Below are positions 18,152 through 25,080 of a stretch of DNA of 29,792 nucleotides, piece after piece (position 1 is the first letter of the stretch; each line of letters starts with the position of its first letter). The stretch is from a virus (taxonomy: Duplodnaviria > Caudoviricetes), in IMG/VR virus record IMGVR_UViG_3300033067_001996, positions 1 through 29,792 of that record; one strand, written 5' to 3'. The notes under the pieces were generated by a model. That model did not search any database. It saw nothing but the letters and a program-made list of their open reading frames with translations, and was not told the origin of the DNA. The position numbers were made by a program, and so were the translations under genes.

Positions 18152-19330
18152 TTAGGTGATGTTTTCACCAAGCCAAAAGCTGTGAATGAGGATTTCACCC
18201 GTTACATCGTCAGTTACCGCTGTTAGGTAGCAGTCAACAATTTGGTCTGTTCCATCCGTTGGAAGGTCGACTGTGCCAGTAATAGTGGCAAAGCTGGCTC
18301 CGACAGCCAGATTAAGCTGGACTTGATTGTATCCTACTCCTCCATGTTTCCTGTAATTCAGGAACAAGTATGGCTTCGTACCACCAGCAGACGTGGAGTA
18401 GATGACTGAGATGTTGTATGGGCAGGTTGTCGTGGTAAGTCCGTAGGTGTTCTTTGCTCTGAGATAGAACACTCTGTTGGATGAATCGGCATTATTCGTG
18501 CCAACACCGTAGGAAAGAGCCGTTTCTGTTCCAAGGCCATATGGTTTGATGAAAACCCAATTCTTCTCAACGTCGTAAAGGGATGAGAGTTGGATTTGGT
18601 TTCTGTTTCTTTGACGGGCAATATCAAGATTCCTCACAATTTCCTGAAATCCATACTTCTTCTTTGGGGATGAGGTGGTGTCAATGAAGGAATCTGCCAT
18701 ATCCATGGACGCCCTTCCCCAAGACTCCTCAACTCCAGGATCGGTTGTGAAGTTGATCAACTGCTGGCGAGGAACCTCAAAGGCTGTTACTGTCCTGAAT
18801 CCGTGAGCTGTTGCAGCAATTGACGACCCTGTCATGGCATACCAGGAACCAGTGAAGACAAGTACGGAGGTTGACACGCAATTGGATACGTCCACGAACT
18901 CCCTGATCACCTGACGACCAGCAGAAGCAGTTGGGTATAGAGCAATCTGCCTTTCAGTTCTGGCAACAGCCGAATTGACCATGGAACCAGACGTTGCATA
19001 GTAAGCGTTTGGCGGAAGGCCCAGGTCAATTGTCAGGGTCTTTGGGGAAGATGCAGCTCCGTATGGCGTCCAGAGTTCAAACTCAAAGCACACGAACTGC
19101 GTTGCTGGGCTCTTCTGGTACTGGATGTACATGGTACCAGTCAGAGGGGTAGCGGTGCTTGCCGAAAGCTGCTGGACTCCAGTTGATAGGAATGGCGATA
19201 GGTTGCTTCCAACAAGGAAGTTGGAGGTTTGAATCCATGGACCAACTGTCGTCCTTCCGTAAACTGGGCTTGCGACAACGTTGCTGTTCACATAGGATTC
19301 AACTGGAAAGGATGGGACTGGTGTTGGCAT
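18152..19330 (-). CDS. Putative minor virion protein
   Basis: 392 aa; Ser/Thr/Gly and aromatic-rich, beta-type composition. Confidence 0.5.
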   Translation of the reverse strand: MPTPVPSFPVESYVNSNVVASPVYGRTTVGPWIQTSNFLVGSNLSPFLSTGVQQLSASTATPLTGTMYIQYQKSPATQFVCFEFELWTPYGAASSPKTLTIDLGLPPNAYYATSGSMVNSAVARTERQIALYPTASAGRQVIREFVDVSNCVSTSVLVFTGSWYAMTGSSIAATAHGFRTVTAFEVPRQQLINFTTDPGVEESWGRASMDMADSFIDTTSSPKKKYGFQEIVRNLDIARQRNRNQIQLSSLYDVEKNWVFIKPYGLGTETALSYGVGTNNADSSNRVFYLRAKNTYGLTTTTCPYNISVIYSTSAGGTKPYLFLNYRKHGGVGYNQVQLNLAVGASFATITGTVDLPTDGTDQIVDCYLTAVTDDVTGEILIHSFWLGENIT

Positions 19331-19447
19331 GGTTTCTGGTAATTAGAAGCTTTCCAGACGTCCTGGGACAGACGACGCACATACTGGTTACTTGGACACC
19401 TCGTGTCCTGCGGAGCTCTTGGACACTTCTTCAAGAGGAAGGAAGAA

Positions 19448-19469
19448 GATAGTAGTATAGCGGAGACAC
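19448..19469 (+). repeat. Dispersed 22-bp repeat copy 5
   Basis: GATAGTAGTATAGCGGAGACAC after AAGAGGAAGGAAGAA. Confidence 0.95.
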
Positions 19470-19496
19470 CCAAACTAAGTGTCTGAAACTATTGAC

Positions 19497-20168
19497 TTAC
19501 CTAACTTCAAAGGCAGAGATGGAGAAACAGTCGCCACCTGTAGCGTCCCACTTCAACCCAATCCAGAGATACACCTGGAAGACAGCCACCTGACCTGACT
19601 GCCCAGGCATGATGGTATTTGCTAGAACAGGCTGCTGACAATCCAGGGTAAGTTCCTGAATGGAGAAGCCACCTGTTGAGGACGAGAAGGTTGTCTTTGC
19701 AATGTATCCAGCACTTGGGCGAGCTGGGGTCGACGTAAGGTAGAGATACCCGTTTAGGTTGCCAGAATCAATGTAGAGGTCTAGGAGGACTCGGACCTTC
19801 CTCAGCGACTTCCTGTCAATTGTAATGTCCTTGTCTGCTGGAATCAGGAATGGACCGAACCTGTAGGCTGTCCTCTGGGTCCAGGAGATTTGTTGCTCGT
19901 CAGGAGCAGTTGCAAGGTTGACAGGCTCCCCAACGTCGGTGATTCCAGTATAGCCCGTCAAGTCATCCTGTGGGGGGTCTAGGTTACCTCCAAGGCTGGT
20001 TACGAGTTGCCTGCATCCCTCCATTGCGAGGTGGGAGAGGTTATTCGTGATAATCATGGCTGTCCCAGCATCAAGGGTTTCTCCGTCTTGCCAGAAGCCG
20101 CTTGTTGCTGCTGGGTGCTTGATGTACTTTGGGCTTGCTTCGTTGATGCGGTCGCCGTTGTCTGACAT
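19497..20168 (-). CDS. Putative minor virion protein
   Basis: 223 aa; WQDGETLDA...NNL N-terminus like tail-appendage proteins; beta-rich C-terminus. Confidence 0.5.
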   Translation of the reverse strand: MSDNGDRINEASPKYIKHPAATSGFWQDGETLDAGTAMIITNNLSHLAMEGCRQLVTSLGGNLDPPQDDLTGYTGITDVGEPVNLATAPDEQQISWTQRTAYRFGPFLIPADKDITIDRKSLRKVRVLLDLYIDSGNLNGYLYLTSTPARPSAGYIAKTTFSSSTGGFSIQELTLDCQQPVLANTIMPGQSGQVAVFQVYLWIGLKWDATGGDCFSISAFEVR

Positions 20169-20212
20169 GCTCTACTCTTTCAAGGCTAATTATGCCACAA
20201 GAGAGGTGCAGT

Positions 20213-20572
20213 ATGGGCAGCAAGGTATTGTACGAGGTTACGGAGCAAGGAAAACCGACATATGGGCCACAGAAAAAGGTTGTGCGGGTAACCATGGAGA
20301 TTGGAGCGGCTCACTACGCTTTCCTCAAGGTCCTTGGTTCTCAGTGGATGGTTGAATTTCCTGATCTCATTGAACTGTTTGTGGAAAGGGTCTTCCCCAG
20401 GGAATTCGTCAAGTTCCAGACTATTGTTTACACTCTTCTACAGCGTGGAATGGGAATATCTGATATTGTCACCTACTTAATTGCAGGTGAACGAAATGAA
20501 GAAAGAATCATCTGGCTACACAAACAACGAAACCCAAGTCCTGGAAATGACAGAAGAGCAAAAGAGAGCTGA
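20213..20572 (+). CDS. Hypothetical protein, possibly RHH-like
   Basis: GAGG RBS before MGSK; VRVTMEIGAAHYAFLKVL pattern. Confidence 0.45.
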   Translation: MGSKVLYEVTEQGKPTYGPQKKVVRVTMEIGAAHYAFLKVLGSQWMVEFPDLIELFVERVFPREFVKFQTIVYTLLQRGMGISDIVTYLIAGERNEERIIWLHKQRNPSPGNDRRAKES

Positions 20573-21170
20573 TCAGGAATGGAGAGCCAAAGACAAGAAG
20601 AGGTTGGTTGCGAGTAAACAGAAGGCGAATCAGGTATTTGAGAAGGTTGTGATGCCATTCCTTGAATCGGTAAAAGTGCTATCCAACCCACTCTCATGCG
20701 AAGACGAAGGAGCTGAGGAAAGCATCAAGCTGCTTGACGAACACTGGGGGATTGACTGGATTGCTGAGAGAGAGGGAGGTAAGATTGGAATTGCAGCAAG
20801 AATCTCTGGTTTTGATGGATTCACGCTCAGGGAAAGAAGTAGGGGGTATAGGTCAGAGGTTGAGAAGTTCGCAGAGCACCTGGAGAACAAGCTTAACCCA
20901 TTTGATCCAAGCAAGGTTTACCTCTTTCAAGTTGAGACAATTGTCGACTCCAATGGCATCAAGCAGCCGTATATGCTGCATATGATCAAAATGGAGAAAT
21001 TGTTCCAGTTCATTAGGGAGTTCCCCAATGACGTTGTCCATCGTGTCAACAAGCAGGATGGAAACACATTCATCTATATCCCGAGCTCAAAGCTTGAACT
21101 CCGTGGATTCAAGGTAGTCAAGGCTCAACTACCAAAGGAGGGACTCCAGAAGGCTTCACAGAGCCCTTGA
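20481..21170 (+). CDS. Hypothetical protein, possible restriction-endonuclease-like fold
   Basis: LD..WGIDW...IGIAAR segment; true start uncertain and likely further downstream. Confidence 0.5.
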   Translation: MQVNEMKKESSGYTNNETQVLEMTEEQKRADQEWRAKDKKRLVASKQKANQVFEKVVMPFLESVKVLSNPLSCEDEGAEESIKLLDEHWGIDWIAEREGGKIGIAARISGFDGFTLRERSRGYRSEVEKFAEHLENKLNPFDPSKVYLFQVETIVDSNGIKQPYMLHMIKMEKLFQFIREFPNDVVHRVNKQDGNTFIYIPSSKLELRGFKVVKAQLPKEGLQKASQSP

Positions 21171-21225
21171 ACTTAATGGAAGGACGATTGCACGTTCTGT
21201 CCAATTGAGAGCTCTGCTGAGCCTC

Positions 21226-22518
21226 CTATGAGTTCCAGACGGGCTTGCCGAGTGGTCTAGCACGAGCTTCGGTTGTTGCGAAGAAAGTTGCTGGCAGGTG
21301 CATGACGAGATAGCGGATTGGATCAATTGCGTGATCATCTCCTGCTTCTGGTTTGTCTATCGCCTTACCGTGTTTGTCAGTTGCCCATGCCCATCTTTGG
21401 AGTTCCTTGATGGTATTTAGGCAATTTCTGTGAACTAGGAGTCTATTCTCTGTGAAGAGCTTCTTCATTCGGTTAATAGACTCGTCTGTCTGCTTGATGG
21501 ATGGAATGAATCTAGGACGGTGATTGAAGGCTCTATTGGACGCTGCAATGCGTTCGTTGTGGGCTGAGTCAACAATGATGGCCTCAACTCCATATGACTC
21601 CTTGATGCGTTTGAACTCCTGAAACCAGCCATTCTCGTCCCAGGTCATGCCGTTCTTGTAGGTCTCGTCAACTACTACAAGCTTGTTGTCTCTGGTTATG
21701 GCAAAGACAGAAAGGCAAGATGGGGCTGTATATCCAAAGTCAAAGGCGGCATAGAACTTGGATGTGTCGGTTGGGATAGACGAGACAACGTTCTTATCCT
21801 TGAATTCCTTGAAGACTGTTCCAGTCTTGGAGACATAGCGGGCATAGACGTTCTGCTCAATCCATTCAGGAGAAGCTTGGGGTTGATTGAGGATGTTCTG
21901 GATATAGTTGGTCTTGGCAAGGGCTGGATTGTCGTAGGTTGTAGCTCTGAAGACAATGGAGTTCTTGTTGTACCAGCAGTCGTCCGTTCCTTCAAAACCG
22001 TTTCCTGGACCTGTTCCAAAGGCATCTTCCATCCAGCCGAGAGCTGGTGTCGTTGTGATGAAGATTTGAGGTTTGATCTTTGGGTCAGTATTTCTAAGGC
22101 GGTTGACAAGCTCAGAATAAACCTCTGGGTCCTTCTCAACAGCAGCCTCATCAAAGGCAACCCAGGAGATTTCAACACCCTGCAAGCGCTTTGGATCGTA
22201 GGAGCTCTTCCAGTAAATCTTGCTCCCCGTCTCCTTGATGATCATTTCCTTGGTGTTGGCATTGAAAGTGTACCATTCCTGGGGAATGGTCTCTTGCCAG
22301 ACACGAAAGATGCCTTGGCGAAGCATCTCAATGGTTGGGGCGATAACCATACCATTCTGCCCAGGACATTCAACGAAGACCTTCTTGATGATCTCAAAGA
22401 CAGACGCCGTGGTCTTTCCAAAGCCAACACCACAAAGAAGAACCTTGACAAAGTGCTTATCCTTGTGGAATTCCACTTGCTTTGGAGATGGAACGTATGG
22501 GCCCTTGACAGCCATCAC
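21226..22518 (-). CDS. terL: Terminase large subunit
   Basis: Walker A GVGFGKTT, Walker B VAFDEAA, TTTP coupling motif, nuclease FDFG and DDHAIDPIRY. Confidence 0.95.
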   Translation of the reverse strand: MMAVKGPYVPSPKQVEFHKDKHFVKVLLCGVGFGKTTASVFEIIKKVFVECPGQNGMVIAPTIEMLRQGIFRVWQETIPQEWYTFNANTKEMIIKETGSKIYWKSSYDPKRLQGVEISWVAFDEAAVEKDPEVYSELVNRLRNTDPKIKPQIFITTTPALGWMEDAFGTGPGNGFEGTDDCWYNKNSIVFRATTYDNPALAKTNYIQNILNQPQASPEWIEQNVYARYVSKTGTVFKEFKDKNVVSSIPTDTSKFYAAFDFGYTAPSCLSVFAITRDNKLVVVDETYKNGMTWDENGWFQEFKRIKESYGVEAIIVDSAHNERIAASNRAFNHRPRFIPSIKQTDESINRMKKLFTENRLLVHRNCLNTIKELQRWAWATDKHGKAIDKPEAGDDHAIDPIRYLVMHLPATFFATTEARARPLGKPVWNS

Positions 22519-23132
22519 TCGTCCTCAACTGTTGACTTACAAATGTCAATGAATTCCTTACCGAAGATTTCAGACACCGACTTCCCGGCAACCTCAGCTC
22601 TGATAACCTTTCTGGTCTCAATGCCAAACAGGTCTTTCATGAGCTTGGCTCCAGAGAAGAAGGACTTTAGATCACCCTTTGACATAGCAGCGTGCATTCC
22701 AGACTCCAGAATTTGCTTGAAGTAACCCTCAAGTTGGATCTTATCCTGGGAACGGAAGTCAAAGGTCATCTCAGCCAAGACCTGCTCGTGAAGGACTTGG
22801 ACGATGTTCTTATGGCTGCATACTCGGTAGGCGTAGACGTTCAAGAGGTCCCTGGGAGTCAGGGCTAGCACCATATGCCTGATGTAGGCTCTCAGAGCCT
22901 CAACAGGGTCCTCTAGCTCTTGATATAGCTCAGGTAGCTTGTCTCTGTTGAATGGAGCCTTAAACTCTGAGAAACTGATAGATTCAACCATCTGTTCAAG
23001 CTGCTTGCCGTCATTGGAAGGCGGGGCTGATGGATCAAAGGATGGTCGACCACGAAGATGATTGCCGTCCACGTCCTTCTTCTTGCTTTTCGTACGATTC
23101 CCAGGAATCTTCTTTCTTCCACGTTGAGCCAT
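22515..23132 (-). CDS. Putative terminase small subunit
   Basis: Overlaps the terL start (ATGA); basic N-terminus and helical body. Confidence 0.65.
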   Translation of the reverse strand: MAQRGRKKIPGNRTKSKKKDVDGNHLRGRPSFDPSAPPSNDGKQLEQMVESISFSEFKAPFNRDKLPELYQELEDPVEALRAYIRHMVLALTPRDLLNVYAYRVCSHKNIVQVLHEQVLAEMTFDFRSQDKIQLEGYFKQILESGMHAAMSKGDLKSFFSGAKLMKDLFGIETRKVIRAEVAGKSVSEIFGKEFIDICKSTVEDE

Positions 23133-23247
23133 GACTTACCTCTTTGATATATGGGTAAGTATGCAAACTACTTGGCAAGGAAACGAATGCTGAGACAGAT
23201 AGCAGAAAAGGCGAAAACAAGGAGAATATCCACGTCTTCGGTCAAGA

Positions 23248-24873
23248 TCAGACTCCGTATGAAGAACTCAGATAGCTTTCAACCTGGGATACTTCAGAAG
23301 AAGTCAGCTCTCTGTTGTAGATAATCACCTCGTGGAAACTCACGGCGGAAGAGTAAGCTCCACCACCGCCCGAACCGATTCCAAGTTTTTGGGTGGAAGT
23401 TGTTGCAGCCGGAACTGCTGACTCATTGACGGAAACAACATCTACTCCATTAACTCGGACAGAGTAGTCTGGGTTGCCGCCTGTTGAACCAGAGAATGCC
23501 AACTTACCCCAAGAGGTTTGGGTCCAGGCAAAGTTTTGGGAAATGATGGAGATTCCAGCATTTCCAATAGTCCAGTTTGCGGTTGTGTTGTTGATTCTGA
23601 CGATAGAGCTACCCAACGACGCTCCAGTTCCAGTTTGGGTGCCGAAGATGTAGTTCTGTTGAGTTGAAGCCGTCTTGGAGATGATGAAGACTGTGTGTCC
23701 ACTTCCGTCATGCAAGAACGTCCAGTCTGCTGCAACGCCACCAAGCAGGTATCGTCCACCAGAGACAGCATCCGTACCTGTCCAGTATGGGAGGTTGTTT
23801 GCTCCGCCTGTTGCAGAGTAGGTCGGCTGAGAAGCAGAAGTTGCTTGCACAGCGTGCCTTCCATTACCTGATTTATCCAGAGCAGCCGAAACCGTAGTTC
23901 CGTTTAGAGATAGGTTGTCGTATTTGTACCAAGCGTAGAGGTTGGTGATGCTGCTTGGAGTAAAGGAAGAAAGTGACGGTGCATCCCAAATCTGTCTGCT
24001 ATTAGACGAACTCAGGATCAACTCAATCTCTGGTGCATCCCTCAAGGCATCGTAGTTTGGAATGGAGACCTTCTGGAAACCCTCAATTCCAAAGTATCCT
24101 GGACGCAGATAAGCGCTGTCGTACTCCAGGTTGGTTTCAGAGATGTTTGCCTGGAATGTTCCATGGACAACCTGTACGGGCTTTCCTGTTGACATGCGAA
24201 GGAATTGCAGGAAGGTGAATGGTGGAGAATAGCTGACGGGATCAATGGTAGGTTGCTGCCACTGACTCTTGGAAACAGGAAAGATTGGGGTTGATGGATA
24301 AACCGCCAAGGAATCCTTGAAAGTTTGGTTCTTTGGGAAGAACCGAAGTGTCTGCTTCCTTGTGTGCTTGAAGATATCGTCCTTGAACCCATAGACGATA
24401 CCGTTTGGAAGCTCCTCGTAAGCCTGCTGGGACAGTTGGGTCTGCCAGTCGTCAGTCTGAGTTGAGTTGATAGCAAACACAGCTCCAAAGGGCTGGTAGG
24501 TGGCCGTAACAGACGAGCCAGAGGTGAAGGAAGCCGAAGTTGTGATGAATCCCAGGATGTTCTTCAAAAGGGACGAGGATACAAAGGAGATCATTCCAGT
24601 CCCAACTCCTCTGTAAGCAATCTTGACCTTTCCATCGCTCTCAAGAGTGAAATTGAAGTAACTTCCAACCTTCTCCCTGGTCTTTTGAATAAAGCACCAA
24701 GGAGCTTGCTGTGTTCCATCTGCCGAACCAGTGTTGGCAAGATATGGGGTGTAGTAGCCAGCAGGAAAGGTTACAGCCGTTGCCGAACCTGTAAGGTCGT
24801 TTGTCATGTACAATGTCTGGCTGGACGAGATGTAGAAAGTCGCAGCATACATCGTGTTGATCTGGTGAGCCAT
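23248..24873 (-). CDS. Distal-tail-position protein fused to a LamG/concanavalin A-like domain
   Basis: Directly after the tape measure gene; C-terminal YAWYK..DKSGNGRHAVQ..QPTY...HEVIIYNRELT. Confidence 0.65.
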   Translation of the reverse strand: MAHQINTMYAATFYISSSQTLYMTNDLTGSATAVTFPAGYYTPYLANTGSADGTQQAPWCFIQKTREKVGSYFNFTLESDGKVKIAYRGVGTGMISFVSSSLLKNILGFITTSASFTSGSSVTATYQPFGAVFAINSTQTDDWQTQLSQQAYEELPNGIVYGFKDDIFKHTRKQTLRFFPKNQTFKDSLAVYPSTPIFPVSKSQWQQPTIDPVSYSPPFTFLQFLRMSTGKPVQVVHGTFQANISETNLEYDSAYLRPGYFGIEGFQKVSIPNYDALRDAPEIELILSSSNSRQIWDAPSLSSFTPSSITNLYAWYKYDNLSLNGTTVSAALDKSGNGRHAVQATSASQPTYSATGGANNLPYWTGTDAVSGGRYLLGGVAADWTFLHDGSGHTVFIISKTASTQQNYIFGTQTGTGASLGSSIVRINNTTANWTIGNAGISIISQNFAWTQTSWGKLAFSGSTGGNPDYSVRVNGVDVVSVNESAVPAATTSTQKLGIGSGGGGAYSSAVSFHEVIIYNRELTSSEVSQVESYLSSSYGV

Positions 24874-25005
24874 GGATGGGTCCTCTTATCTTCTAACCAC
24901 TAAGTATCAAGTTCTTCAAGCACCATGCTCCCCACTGGTTACTTGGACACTTCGTACCAGGGACCACCTCTATGAAAGGAGAGGTGTAGAGAGAGAGGAA
25001 GGAGA

Positions 25006-25027
25006 GATAGTAGTATAGAGGAGACAC
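25006..25027 (+). repeat. Dispersed 22-bp repeat copy 6
   Basis: GATAGTAGTATAGAGGAGACAC after AGAGAGAGAGGAAGGAGA; followed by hairpin GGAGCC-GAA-GGCTCC. Confidence 0.95.
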
Positions 25028-25080
25028 TTGGAGCCGAAGGCTCCTGCGTCGACCTAAACAAGTGTCAGCAAGCCAATACT

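Noticed and set aside
1840-25027. 22-bp repeats as a CRISPR array
   Set aside because: Copies are hundreds to thousands of bases apart, in both orientations, with no spacers and no cas genes
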